64,000 bases of DNA from a virus, in the IMG/VR virus record IMGVR_UViG_3300037068_000153, positions 1 to 64,000 of that record. One strand, 5' to 3'. The position numbers and the translations under genes were made by a program. The notes under the pieces are model-generated. The model was not told the DNA's origin, did not search any database, and saw only the letters and a list, made by a program, of their open reading frames with translations. This document shows, piece by piece, positions 50,123-59,735 of this stretch. How positions within the stretch are numbered: the first letter of the stretch is position 1; each line of letters starts with the position of its first letter.

Positions 50123-50884
50123 CTACCCGATTTTGACCTTGCTGGAACCGGTCTTGACCGTGATGCCGGGCGACGTCAGAAACGCCGACGATAGCGGCGT
50201 CACGACGCCTGGCGCGATGCCATTGATGGCGCCCTCCACCTGGCTCATCCACAACGCGAGCGGGCCCGTAGGCGGCGCCGTGATCTGGCTGGGGTCTCCC
50301 TCCCGCGCCGCACCGTTCGAGCCGTTCGCGAGGTTGACGTTACCCTGCCCGTCGATCTCGATGTCCGACGGCGACTGGTCGCGGCCGATGGTCATGCGAT
50401 CGGTGGGTGCGCTCGCCAGCGGCGCGCCGAAGGGGTTGAGCCCGGGCAGGAAGAACCCGTCGGCGATCGAGTTGACGTGGTCGAATTCGGGATCGACTTC
50501 GTCGCCATTGCCCGTCAGCCACTTGTCGAGCGAGCGGTCAGCCCAGATGAGCAGGCCCAGCGTCGCAGGAACGGTCGCGCCGTTGATCTGCAAGTTGCCG
50601 TCGGAGATCGGCACGGTCGTGCGGAAGCTCCCATTGGCGCCCGGGAAGACGACAGGCACGCCCGGAATGACGGGAATAGACTCGACGAGGCGCGCATCGG
50701 ACTCGTCGAAAAAGGGGCGCATGACGAGCACCTTGCACGCGACCCGCTGCTTGTCGGGTTCGTACTTGGTCACGCGCACGGGCAGCGCGCGCGGTAGTCG
50801 CTGGAGAGCCGACTCGACGGCGCTGGCGATGACCGTCTGCCGCCGCGGCCGGCGAACCTCGTCCTCACGCCCCTTGTCGCTCAT
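50123..50884 (-). CDS. baseplate spike (Gp138 N-terminal-like)
   Basis: LPVRV..Y, VPVVFP, ADRSLDKW, H.. DGFFLPG. Confidence 0.85.
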   Translation of the reverse strand: MSDKGREDEVRRPRRQTVIASAVESALQRLPRALPVRVTKYEPDKQRVACKVLVMRPFFDESDARLVESIPVIPGVPVVFPGANGSFRTTVPISDGNLQINGATVPATLGLLIWADRSLDKWLTGNGDEVDPEFDHVNSIADGFFLPGLNPFGAPLASAPTDRMTIGRDQSPSDIEIDGQGNVNLANGSNGAAREGDPSQITAPPTGPLALWMSQVEGAINGIAPGVVTPLSSAFLTSPGITVKTGSSKVKIG

Positions 50885-51009
50885 CGTCGCTCGCTGCCGC
50901 AGGTGGGGCAGCGCTTGCGCTTGCCGGCGGACACGTCGCGCGGCGGCGCCGGCTTGCTCCCCTTCTTTTTCAGCTTATAGGTGCGACGTCCGAGCAACTT
51001 CACTCCCAT
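50881..51009 (-). CDS. 42-aa basic peptide with CxxC
   Basis: MGVKLLGRRTYKLKKKG...RCPTCGSERR; ATGA overlap. Confidence 0.4.
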   Translation of the reverse strand: MGVKLLGRRTYKLKKKGSKPAPPRDVSAGKRKRCPTCGSERR

Positions 51010-51019
51010 CGATTGGCGC

Positions 51020-51919
51020 TCACGTAGTCGATAGTAACACCCCTTCGTACTCCGTATACCACTCTAGCGAATGGGTATCCCCCGTGAAGTGCACCTTCTT
51101 GACGCGCACGAATCCGTCGTAGCGGTTCGATTTCAATCGCACCTGGGCGCCGGGTACGCACGGCTGTAAGAGCGCCTTGAATTTGACCAACGCCGGCTTG
51201 CCCTTCTTCTCAGGGCTGCCGAATTCCGGTGAGCCGACGAGCCCGCTTTCGGGCGAGATCTCGGGAAACTCCGCCGTGCTCGCCTGCCCGGGCAGCAGCA
51301 CCTGGAGCGTATCGTCCTGGACCGACCATGCGTAGCCGGTGCCGCGGAGAAAGCGGTCCATCTCATGCGCCCACTGGCCGCTGACGACGTAGCCCTGGTC
51401 GAACGACTGCGTCAGGTTGAGCACGACGTTCGGCGTATTGCCGACCTGCAGCCCGCTCGCGTTCGCCAAGTACTGCAGGATGCTCCCGGCTTTCGTGCCC
51501 GGGGCGAAGCTCTCCGCCACGCGTGCGTTGCGATAGGCGCGCTCGCCGTCGCCGCCCTTGATCGTCGAGTTCCAGTCGGAGAGATCGCGCACGTTGTCGA
51601 CGGTGCGCGCGTCGCCGCGCCAGATGCGCGACATGCCGGTCTCCGCGTAGCCCGCCTCGAGGATGACCTTGACGCCCTTCTTCTGGATCAACCCGCGACT
51701 GTCGTCGTTCAAGTTGGTGACGATGATCTCGGCCGTATTGGGCTCCTTGCCGTCCGTCTTGGAGACCTTGAACGCGACGCGCTGCCCCGCCGGCTGATCG
51801 CCGCCCTCGCCCGCCTCGATGACGAGGACGTCTTGCACGACCTGATTGAAGTTGCCCTTGGTCGCGGATGGCGCCGCGAAGGTCACCCGCGCGCGGCGGT
51901 CGTAGAGCCTGTCCGCCAC
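51020..51919 (-). CDS. baseplate hub protein
   Basis: PNTAEI..NL, LEAGY, WSVQD, GLVGSP, GDTH..W. Confidence 0.85.
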   Translation of the reverse strand: MADRLYDRRARVTFAAPSATKGNFNQVVQDVLVIEAGEGGDQPAGQRVAFKVSKTDGKEPNTAEIIVTNLNDDSRGLIQKKGVKVILEAGYAETGMSRIWRGDARTVDNVRDLSDWNSTIKGGDGERAYRNARVAESFAPGTKAGSILQYLANASGLQVGNTPNVVLNLTQSFDQGYVVSGQWAHEMDRFLRGTGYAWSVQDDTLQVLLPGQASTAEFPEISPESGLVGSPEFGSPEKKGKPALVKFKALLQPCVPGAQVRLKSNRYDGFVRVKKVHFTGDTHSLEWYTEYEGVLLSTT

Positions 51920-51920
51920 G

Positions 51921-52262
51921 TCACAGCCCCAGTTCTGCGGCGGTGAAGTAGATCAGCTTGTGGCGCACGCCGAAGCTCACGAGGTCGGGGTCTGCGTCCT
52001 CGCCAGCGCTGTCGACCACGACGAAGCACCCCGGCGGCTGCCGGTCGGCACGATACGCCCCCAGTGGCCAATTGGCCACCAGCTTGACCCCTGGCACAAG
52101 GTAGATCGAGCCCTGCTCGTCGAGGATGTCGAGAAACCATGCCGACGCGCGCACGTTCCAACGGAACTGGAGCGTGTACGTCACTGACTCGAGCGACGTC
52201 TGCATGTCGAAGAACGGCAGTGGCACGCCCTCGGAGAGCGGGATATCGAGTTCCAGAGGCAT
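51921..52262 (-). CDS. small baseplate protein
   Basis: YTLQFRWN....W; position. Confidence 0.75.
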   Translation of the reverse strand: MPLELDIPLSEGVPLPFFDMQTSLESVTYTLQFRWNVRASAWFLDILDEQGSIYLVPGVKLVANWPLGAYRADRQPPGCFVVVDSAGEDADPDLVSFGVRHKLIYFTAAELGL

Positions 52263-52943
52263 CTATTTGCCCCCCAGCGCTTTGCCTATGCCCGAAACCG
52301 TGGGATTGTCCGACTGGGCCGCAGTATCGGCCAGCGTGCGCATCGGGTCGACATCCTTGTTCGCGTCCTTCGCCGTCTTGGTGCCGGTCGATTTCTTTTT
52401 ACCCACGCGCTTGTCCGACGAGACGACCCCGCGCGTGAGCTTATTCTGCACGACGCGAATGTGCTTGAATGAGATCGAGAACGCGATCGCGTCGTAGTTC
52501 TTGGCCGCGCGTGGCAGCGAAATGGACTCGATCGCCATCGAGTCATAGTCGCCCATCGTCGTCGAGACGGTAACGATGGCGCTGGTATCGCGCAGCCTAC
52601 GGAGCTTAGCCCACTCGCCCTGCGCGTACCCGTCGACGGCGCCAATGGCGCCCGCGGCCTGCGCTGCCGCGGTAGTCGTCTGGATGGTAAACGCGCCCGC
52701 CTTGACTGCCTCCGTCGCCTGCGTGTTCGACAGCGGCGTATTAGAAATACGACAATCGAGGGTGAGCAGATCGGGGTTAGGACGCGAGTGATCGCTCGCA
52801 TTGAACCCCGTTTCCACCGGGTGGTCGGTGATGGTGTTGGTAAGCTGGTGCTGCTCCGTCACGACCGCGTGCATGGTGATCGTGGTGGTATCGGCGGTGA
52901 TGACGCCGCCGCGTCGAATGACCGTGACCGTCGACGACGCCAC
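52263..52943 (-). CDS. baseplate/tail-tube initiator (Dit-like)
   Basis: E.H....ITDHPVE.G...SDH. Confidence 0.85.
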   Translation of the reverse strand: MASSTVTVIRRGGVITADTTTITMHAVVTEQHQLTNTITDHPVETGFNASDHSRPNPDLLTLDCRISNTPLSNTQATEAVKAGAFTIQTTTAAAQAAGAIGAVDGYAQGEWAKLRRLRDTSAIVTVSTTMGDYDSMAIESISLPRAAKNYDAIAFSISFKHIRVVQNKLTRGVVSSDKRVGKKKSTGTKTAKDANKDVDPMRTLADTAAQSDNPTVSGIGKALGGK

Positions 52944-52946
52944 GGC

Positions 52947-54500
52947 TCAGTCCCCCAGCGCCGCGGCGGCCTCTTCGTTGGCCGCGTCCTCGTGCTGCTG
53001 AATGAGGTTGACCACGTCGGCCGCGCTCATCCCAGGCGCCTGGTAGATGTTGTAGCTGCGCTGGATACTGACCGGCGCGGCGCTCATCACACCCTGTCCC
53101 GGAGGCAGCGTGGGCGCGGCAAATTCGCCGCCGCCGAAGCCAGCCTGCAGCTGCTGCCACCAGCTGGCGCCGCGCCCTTTGGCATCTTCCGTTCGCTTGT
53201 CGAAATTCTTGACGAAGTCCGGCCGCGGCACGAGGTGCTCACCAATATTGGCGGCAGCCTCGCCGATTTTGAGCGCCGTATTGACGACGCCACCCTCTTG
53301 CGCGGGTGCGCGCTTCTTCGGGCCGAATCGCAGGTCGAGCTTATCGGCGATGCCGATCGCCCGCTCCATGTACTGTACGAGCTCCTTGATGGCCGCCAGC
53401 CACCACGGATCGTTCTTCTTCGGCTGCGACCACTCATCGAGCATCTTCATCCAGTCGGCGAAGAGCGAATCCTTGCCCTCGAGAAAACGACGGATGGAGT
53501 TAAGAATGAGCAACACGGCGGCGAGCGCCGCGACCCACAGAAGCCACGGCGCCGCCGCCAGCGTGCCGGCGGCAACGAACCCGATCACATACGCGCGGAT
53601 GCCGCTGTCGAGCTTCCAGAACCACTGCAGCAGGCCGACAATCCCCTCCACGATGAGCTTGATCGACCCGTAGAGAACGTCGAAGGCGTCGATCAAAAAC
53701 TTGGCGCCCCTCGCAATGGCCTTGAGCACGACCTCGAGCTTCTGCTTGATCACCTCGCGGTTGGCCTTCACCCACGCCACCGCGCCGTCGGTGAGCTGCT
53801 TGAGCACCGGGAAGATGGAGGCGCCCGCCTTGCGCTTGATGCCCTCCCAGAGCGCCTCGAGCCGCTTGACGTTGTGCTCAACCTCGACGCCCTGCTTGAC
53901 CGTCTCCTCGTCGAGCACCACGCCAAGGTCACGAGCCTCCTCGCGCAGCTCGGCCAGCCCCTCGGAGCCCTCGTTGAGCAGCGGGATCATCCGCTTGCCG
54001 GCGCGCCCGAAGAGCTCGAGCGCCAGCGCCGTCTTCTTGGCGCCGTCGGGCATGACCTTGAACTTCTCGGCCACCTCGGCAATGACGTCGTCGGCGGCTT
54101 TGAGCTGGCCGTGCGCGTCCTTCAGCTTGATCTTGAGCTCGGCGAAGACCTTGCCCTGCTCCTCGCCACCCTTCGACGCCGCGTACATGTTGCGTGACAG
54201 GAGACCGACCGACTGCGCCATCTCCTCCATGCCGACGCCGGTGAGGCTGCCGACGTAAAGAAGCTCCTGAAGCGCATCGGTGGTGAGGCCGACGGCCTGC
54301 GCGGTGTGCTCGATCTCGACGGTAGACTCGATCGCCTCCTTCGTCACGTCGACGAAGAACTCGACCGCCTTCTTGCCAATCTCGACGAGGCCCTCGAGCC
54401 CCTTCTCCACCGCCTTGGCGAATAGCTCGCCCTCGGCGAACGAGGCCGAATCGACCTCGAGCCCGAGCGCGACGGCTACTTCGCGGAGGATGGTGCTCAC
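52947..54500 (-). CDS. tape measure protein (short, 517 aa)
   Basis: Helical A/E/K/L-rich; LFGRAG..MIPLLN; central hydrophobic segments. Confidence 0.85.
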   Translation of the reverse strand: MSTILREVAVALGLEVDSASFAEGELFAKAVEKGLEGLVEIGKKAVEFFVDVTKEAIESTVEIEHTAQAVGLTTDALQELLYVGSLTGVGMEEMAQSVGLLSRNMYAASKGGEEQGKVFAELKIKLKDAHGQLKAADDVIAEVAEKFKVMPDGAKKTALALELFGRAGKRMIPLLNEGSEGLAELREEARDLGVVLDEETVKQGVEVEHNVKRLEALWEGIKRKAGASIFPVLKQLTDGAVAWVKANREVIKQKLEVVLKAIARGAKFLIDAFDVLYGSIKLIVEGIVGLLQWFWKLDSGIRAYVIGFVAAGTLAAAPWLLWVAALAAVLLILNSIRRFLEGKDSLFADWMKMLDEWSQPKKNDPWWLAAIKELVQYMERAIGIADKLDLRFGPKKRAPAQEGGVVNTALKIGEAAANIGEHLVPRPDFVKNFDKRTEDAKGRGASWWQQLQAGFGGGEFAAPTLPPGQGVMSAAPVSIQRSYNIYQAPGMSAADVVNLIQQHEDAANEEAAAALGD

Positions 54501-54509
54501 GATCTAGTC

Positions 54510-54866
54510 CTACTTGGCGAGGAGCCCTTCGCCCTTGAGCGCGTTGACGACGTCGGTGATCGTATAGTAGTTCGCGCCCGTACCGCCGTTGGACCTAATG
54601 TCGAAGAAGGTCGATCCGGTCACGCCGCCACCGGCCGCGCTACCCGTCGCACCGAGACCCGTCGGCTGCTGCACGCCGGTGGCGCCGAAGAAGCCCAGGA
54701 TGCCGGTCGGCATGCCGATCGACAACGCGGCCGGAAAGCGCGCGCCGGTCGGGCCAGTGAAGACGGAGGCCGAGCCCCAGCCCCTCAGCCAGTGGTAAAG
54801 CGGCTGGAGCCACTCGTGGGTCGTGATGGGGACGCCTGCGTATCCGGTGGGTGCCTGCATGGTCAT
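54510..54866 (-). CDS. small G/T-rich protein with GATG/GPTG motifs
   Basis: GAGGAG RBS; LGFFGATGVQQP...VNALK..GLL. Confidence 0.75.
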   Translation of the reverse strand: MTMQAPTGYAGVPITTHEWLQPLYHWLRGWGSASVFTGPTGARFPAALSIGMPTGILGFFGATGVQQPTGLGATGSAAGGGVTGSTFFDIRSNGGTGANYYTITDVVNALKGEGLLAK

Positions 54867-54912
54867 TCTCCTCGGGCCACCTCTTACCAGCTAGCCCTTG
54901 GTAGCGTTGCGT

Positions 54913-55155
54913 TTATCGGTTCTTCTCTCGCTGGCGCCGCTGCTCCTCGGCGTCGTCCTCAGCCGCCTCGTCTTGCGCGTCGAGCAGGTCATTGGCCATG
55001 AGGATGCGCTCACGGCTCAGCGTCGGAACATCGCCCAACGTGCACCACTTCCGCATCACGAGCCGGTAGACGGGCCAGGGCTGGACGTGTTTGACGTCGC
55101 GGAGCTTCCGCCCGCCGCGGGGCGGTCGCGCAACGCGCGGGCAAGGTCGAAAAAA
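54913..55155 (-). other. -1 frameshift extension of the tail assembly chaperone (GT)
   Basis: Slippery T TTT TTC at 55155-55149; -1 frame open to TAA 54915-54913 (WPVYRLV..CTL..ANDLLD). Confidence 0.8.
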
Positions 55156-55541
55156 TCGGGGTAGCTCACCCTCACGGCATGGATGAGCAGGCGCCAGGTG
55201 TCGAGCGTGCGGCGCTGCAGGAGCACGTGGATCGGCTCGCCGGCGGCGCCCTGGTAGAGCAGCGTCCCGTTCATCGTCGCGCCCGTGAGCAGCGTGCGCA
55301 TGATGTACTTGAGGTCGTCGGGCGACAGCTTGCCGACCATGCTCTGCACGATCGGGCCGACCTTGGCGGCGATCGCTGCCGCGTCAAAGCCTTCACCAAC
55401 CGTCTCGTTGAGCGCGCCGGCGGCCATGACGAAGTCGACCACCAGCGGCAGCAGCTTCGGCTGCAAAAGGAAGCTCGCCTCGCCCCCGAGGGGGGAGACG
55501 GTAAAGACGTCGTTGCCGAGCTTGAGGGACGTGTCGACCAT
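55056..55541 (-). CDS. tail assembly chaperone (G)
   Basis: Follows the tail tube gene; contains YPDFF. Confidence 0.8.
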   Translation of the reverse strand: MVDTSLKLGNDVFTVSPLGGEASFLLQPKLLPLVVDFVMAAGALNETVGEGFDAAAIAAKVGPIVQSMVGKLSPDDLKYIMRTLLTGATMNGTLLYQGAAGEPIHVLLQRRTLDTWRLLIHAVRVSYPDFFDLARALRDRPAAGGSSATSNTSSPGPSTGS

Positions 55542-55544
55542 CGA

Positions 55545-55976
55545 TTACTGCCCCAGCGGCAGGATGCCACCCTGGATCATTTCGAGCTTGTCAGTCTGGA
55601 TGACCCAGGTGACATCGCCCAACTCCTTGCCACGCTCGAGATCCGGCATCTTGACGATCCAGGCGTTCTGCGCGTTCGCCACGGCGGCGCCATTGCCATC
55701 CTTGACCTGGATCGGCACCACGCCTTGGCCGGTCTGCCGGTCGAGGATGGCCTGCGCCGAGAGGAGATCGTTCGAGGGGCTCGACTTCAGGAGCGTGATC
55801 TCGAACTTGCCCGCCTCGTTGGCGTTGCGGATGCGGCAGCCGCGGCCGTCGGCGCCGATCTCGAGCGAGTATTGGTCCTCGTCGAACGACGCCTTGATGA
55901 ACGTTCCCGCGGCGTACTCGACGATCGTGTTCGCCCCGACGGACATAGTGAACTTGGTCGGATCCCACTCGGCCAT
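55545..55976 (-). CDS. tail tube protein (DUF3277-like)
   Basis: WDP, IGADG, ITL..SSPSN. Confidence 0.88.
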   Translation of the reverse strand: MAEWDPTKFTMSVGANTIVEYAAGTFIKASFDEDQYSLEIGADGRGCRIRNANEAGKFEITLLKSSPSNDLLSAQAILDRQTGQGVVPIQVKDGNGAAVANAQNAWIVKMPDLERGKELGDVTWVIQTDKLEMIQGGILPLGQ

Positions 55977-55985
55977 CGGTGCTCC

Positions 55986-57545
55986 TTACGGGCTCGCTTC
56001 GACGTTGACGGACAACTTGTTGATCGCTCCGGCCAACGTCCAGCCCGAGGCCACGCCCTTGAGCCAGCGGGCCTGCTTGTCGGCGGTCGAAATGTCCGCG
56101 ACCGTCGGCGCGGTGACGGTAATCGGCGTGTCGGGCGAGTTGGGCGCGATGCCGCCAGCGCGCACGCCCTCGGTGTTCTGCGCCTTGACCTGCGTCTCCA
56201 TGAGCGCAATGCCTGCGTCGGTGAAAGGCACCTTCTCAGCGTCCAGGAGCAGGTTGGCGACACGCTCCTGGAGACGCGCGACGTACCAGTCACGAAAGCG
56301 GATCACGTCGATATACTCATGGGCGGACACCAGCCCCGAGCCCTGCACCGCGTTCACCCCCGCGAAATCCGCGTAGTAGTTCGCATATTTGGCGGTGATG
56401 TTCGTGATCATCGTGTCGGTGTAGACCTTGATGGTCACGCCTGGGAGCGTCTTGTAGATCCAGTTGTCGCCGCCCGGGTTGATGGGGAACCAGCGCGCGA
56501 TCTCGGCCGCGTCGAAGAAGTCATCCGGCGCCGTATGAAAGGCGGGTCCCGTGCGCGCGTAAGCCGCGTCGCGCAGCTTGTTGAACACGTCGGCGCCCGC
56601 AGCGACATACGCAACGGTGGCGATGGCCGAATCGGACGAGGCCACGATATACAGCTTCGTGTTAGCCTCGACCCATGCCGCGGCCGCCTGCACCAGCAAC
56701 GAGGAATTGTAGAGCGTCACGAGCCCATACCACGCGCTCGACGCCAGCTTGATGGCTGCGAGGTCGGCGGCGATGCCCGGGTCAGCGTGGTTTTGCGCGA
56801 CCGAGAGGAACGCCATGTCGAGAACCTCGACGGCGAAATAGGTCCCGGCGGCGTTCGCGGTCATGCGGAACGTCTTGGCGCCAACCGCGCCCTGGAGGCT
56901 GGTGGCCACGGGCATGACCGGCGCGGTCAGCTCGTCGACCAGCAGCTTGAGTCCGTAGACGATGGCGTCGTTGGTCGTAGTACCAACGGTGGCGCTGGCG
57001 CCCGCGTACATCCAATGGACCGTATTATCGGTGATGTCCGCGCTGGCGCCCGTCGGGCCGCCCGAGCCCGCCGACGTGCCCGACGTGATGCAGATGTAGT
57101 ACTTGGCCGGCGTGTCATTGACGACGAGCTGGCCCTGGGTGTACGCCGTCCCCGCCGCCCACGACGCCGCCGCGGTCGCCGTGTAGTCGCACTCCTGCGA
57201 CGTGAAAACGCTCGAGCCATTGTCGGCGGCGACGCGCAGCTTGTAGACCGCGTTCGCCACCTGGCTGTTGGTCCCGACGTCATACTGCTGCGTCGGCTTG
57301 TTGGCCGCGCGCCCGATCATGAGCTTCTGCAGCCCCGTCGTCTGCGCGAACATCTTCTGCGCCGCTAGGTACTCGGGGGTGGCCGCGCCAAAGTCGGCGC
57401 CGACAGCGGTCAGGCTCGAGTAGGTGCGCGTGCGCTCGGCCCATGCGGCCGTATGCGACACGATGAGAGGGATGCCGAAGCCGGCCGCCGTCACGCCCGG
57501 GTTCGACAGGGTGAAGGAGACGTTGACGATGTCGGCCAGGGACAT
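55986..57545 (-). CDS. tail sheath protein (DUF3383-like) with an inserted CBM-like module
   Basis: DIVNV, GFG.PL, YKTLPGV, YIDVI..DW, KVPFTDAG, AGAI. Confidence 0.92.
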   Translation of the reverse strand: MSLADIVNVSFTLSNPGVTAAGFGIPLIVSHTAAWAERTRTYSSLTAVGADFGAATPEYLAAQKMFAQTTGLQKLMIGRAANKPTQQYDVGTNSQVANAVYKLRVAADNGSSVFTSQECDYTATAAASWAAGTAYTQGQLVVNDTPAKYYICITSGTSAGSGGPTGASADITDNTVHWMYAGASATVGTTTNDAIVYGLKLLVDELTAPVMPVATSLQGAVGAKTFRMTANAAGTYFAVEVLDMAFLSVAQNHADPGIAADLAAIKLASSAWYGLVTLYNSSLLVQAAAAWVEANTKLYIVASSDSAIATVAYVAAGADVFNKLRDAAYARTGPAFHTAPDDFFDAAEIARWFPINPGGDNWIYKTLPGVTIKVYTDTMITNITAKYANYYADFAGVNAVQGSGLVSAHEYIDVIRFRDWYVARLQERVANLLLDAEKVPFTDAGIALMETQVKAQNTEGVRAGGIAPNSPDTPITVTAPTVADISTADKQARWLKGVASGWTLAGAINKLSVNVEASP

Positions 57546-57566
57546 GCTTTACATGTACCGTGCCGA

Positions 57567-57586
57567 ATGTGTCACAATCTAGCGCA
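57567..57586 (-). promoter_or_regulatory. late-class promoter/operator upstream of the sheath gene
   Basis: Minus strand GCGCTAGATTGTGACACAT; 12-nt identity with 30114-30125. Confidence 0.55.
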
Positions 57587-57587
57587 C

Positions 57588-58169
57588 CTAATCGGCGGCG
57601 TCCGAGTCGAAGGATTGAACCGAGTCACCGTTGACGCCACCGTGCATCGTCACCGTGCCCGACATGCGCTCGATGTAGCCCACGTACTCGACGGCAGTCG
57701 GCGGCGGCATGTAGCAGCGCACCGTCGCCACGGCGCGACCGCGAAAGCGAGTCGAGGGCACGTCCGGGATCCACTGCGGCGTGCCGGGGTCGAAGGGCGA
57801 GACGTCCTGGGCGGTGAGGATGGCGCGCACCGAAGGCAGCGTCAGCGCGAGAAGGAGGCGCGAGCACAGCTCGAGCGCACTATTCGAGCGCGCCGAAATA
57901 GCCTGCGTCGTGAAGCATTCGACCTCGAGCGGGTACTCGCGCCGACCACGCGCGCGGAGCTCAATCTCCTGCCCGGCCGGGCGCGACAGGTCGGTCGAGG
58001 TCTGAATGTAGTCGATGCCGAGGGTGATGGGACCGCCGAGCTGCAGCGTCACGTAGTCGGTCGCGAGCTGGCTGCGGTTCTGCCCCTTCCAGATCACCTG
58101 CCCGGCGCCGAGCCCGCTGGCGCGCACGATGGCGGCTTGGATAGCATCGCCGACGTCGTCCCAACTCAT
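57588..58169 (-). CDS. tail terminator/neck protein
   Basis: Position upstream of the sheath; size. Confidence 0.7.
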   Translation of the reverse strand: MSWDDVGDAIQAAIVRASGLGAGQVIWKGQNRSQLATDYVTLQLGGPITLGIDYIQTSTDLSRPAGQEIELRARGRREYPLEVECFTTQAISARSNSALELCSRLLLALTLPSVRAILTAQDVSPFDPGTPQWIPDVPSTRFRGRAVATVRCYMPPPTAVEYVGYIERMSGTVTMHGGVNGDSVQSFDSDAAD

Positions 58170-58564
58170 ACGTCGTCCGTCCCCGGCGTCGGCGCCTGCA
58201 CGATGACACGGTAGGCTGCGGGCTGGGTCTGGTTCAGGAAGCCGCCCTGGTTGAAGGTCTCGACGTGCTGCACCTCCCACGGCTGCCCGTCGATGGTCAC
58301 CGTGTCGGCCTCGAAAGCGCTGTCGACGTCGCCGCAGTCCAGCTGGGACGTGGTGAAGAGCACGCGCGTCTCGTTCGCGCGGCGCCCCTCGGGCAGCCGC
58401 AAGAGATCCTTGCCCGTCGCCGGCTGCACACACGCTTTGATGTTGACGGTAAGGTCGTTGGTCGGCTGGAACACGCCGCGCACCACCTGTGCGCGCTGGC
58501 GCCGCGTGAGCACGTATGTCCCGCCCTGGGTAATGAACGACTCGATGAGCGCGGCGGTGTCCAC
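58166..58564 (-). CDS. head-closure/head-tail adaptor
   Basis: VQP..L.RLPEG.R motif. Confidence 0.8.
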   Translation of the reverse strand: MDTAALIESFITQGGTYVLTRRQRAQVVRGVFQPTNDLTVNIKACVQPATGKDLLRLPEGRRANETRVLFTTSQLDCGDVDSAFEADTVTIDGQPWEVQHVETFNQGGFLNQTQPAAYRVIVQAPTPGTDDV

Positions 58565-58573
58565 AGCCCGATG

Positions 58574-59065
58574 CTACTCGCCTTCGCTTTTGTCGTCGAG
58601 CGCCCACGTGATGCTGTTGCGCAGCCGGCCAGTATCGATCAGCGTCGTGGACGAGCCCTTGCGCGCGACCGTCGCGGGCTTGTCAGGCGGCGGGATGCTG
58701 CTGGTGATCTTCGTTTTGACATCCGATGCCAGCTGCGCGCCGATGAGCCCAAGCGCGCGATCGACCTCCATCTTACCGTCGAGCACCTCGCCGATCAGCT
58801 TCTCACCGGTGCGCACCAGCTCCTCGCGCTTCTGGTCAAAAGTCGAACGCAAGAACGAGCGCTCGGGGATGGCTCCGTCCTCGGTCCCGAACTCATGGAC
58901 GGCCGCCAGTTCTACCAGCGTAATCGAGCCTTCGCCATCGTGTCCCTTGTCGGAGAGCACACCGACGCGCACGCGCTTGTCCTTGATCTCGCGCGCGCGG
59001 CGCATGAAGTCGGTCCAACCAGTATCCTTGACCCTGACGCCGACTCTGCCCCTGCCCTTCGCCAT
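58574..59065 (-). CDS. virion morphogenesis/tail completion protein
   Basis: VRVGV, A.VHEFG, IPERSFLR, LIDTG.LRNSI. Confidence 0.85.
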   Translation of the reverse strand: MAKGRGRVGVRVKDTGWTDFMRRAREIKDKRVRVGVLSDKGHDGEGSITLVELAAVHEFGTEDGAIPERSFLRSTFDQKREELVRTGEKLIGEVLDGKMEVDRALGLIGAQLASDVKTKITSSIPPPDKPATVARKGSSTTLIDTGRLRNSITWALDDKSEGE

Positions 59066-59071
59066 CGGCGG

Positions 59072-59476
59072 CTACCGGTTCTGCAGAAGCTCGTCGAGCT
59101 CGAGCTTGATGACGAGGTCGCTGGCCGAGATGCACTGGAAATGCGGCCGACAGGTGACGGGCTGGCCGAGCATGCGCCCTTGGGCCTGTGCCGCCAGCTG
59201 GCAGCGGCGCGCGTGCTGGCTGTCCGCCGGCCACGCCCCGCGCATGGCATCCGCGCCAGGCGGGCGGTAGACGGGGTTGGCGCCTGCACCGATCTTGGTG
59301 AGCCCGACGGCGACCGCGATCACGTCGACGAGGTCCTGATCTTCGGCTGGCCAGCCGCGCTTGCGCATGAACTCGGGCACGCGCTTGACGAGGTCGAGCC
59401 CTCGCACGGGGCCGGCGATGAAGGCGTAGCGCGCGACGGCCCGCTGCGCCTCGGGGGAACGCTCGCGCTCAGACAT
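59072..59476 (-). CDS. hypothetical protein
   Basis: Open ORF inserted in the morphogenesis module. Confidence 0.55.
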   Translation of the reverse strand: MSERERSPEAQRAVARYAFIAGPVRGLDLVKRVPEFMRKRGWPAEDQDLVDVIAVAVGLTKIGAGANPVYRPPGADAMRGAWPADSQHARRCQLAAQAQGRMLGQPVTCRPHFQCISASDLVIKLELDELLQNR

Positions 59477-59735
59477 CGTGCACCGGGCACTCGATGGCCT
59501 CGAGTTGCATCCCTCCGCGCGGGCAGGTGCAGCCCTTGGGGCGTGCTCCGTCTCCACCCATGGTATACGTCCCCGCCGTACCCATGGCCGCCTGCGCGCG
59601 CCTGGCGTTGATCGCTTGCACGCGCGCGATCGCCATCGCCTCGGTGGGCAGCGTCTCGAGCACGCGCTCGTGCACGCCCTTCTCCTCGACGACGTCCCAC
59701 TCGAAATCGCCCCTGCATTTGATGACGATGGGCAT
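59469..59735 (-). CDS. hypothetical protein with C-terminal CxC..CPVH
   Basis: TGATG overlap. Confidence 0.6.
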   Translation of the reverse strand: MPIVIKCRGDFEWDVVEEKGVHERVLETLPTEAMAIARVQAINARRAQAAMGTAGTYTMGGDGARPKGCTCPRGGMQLEAIECPVHDV

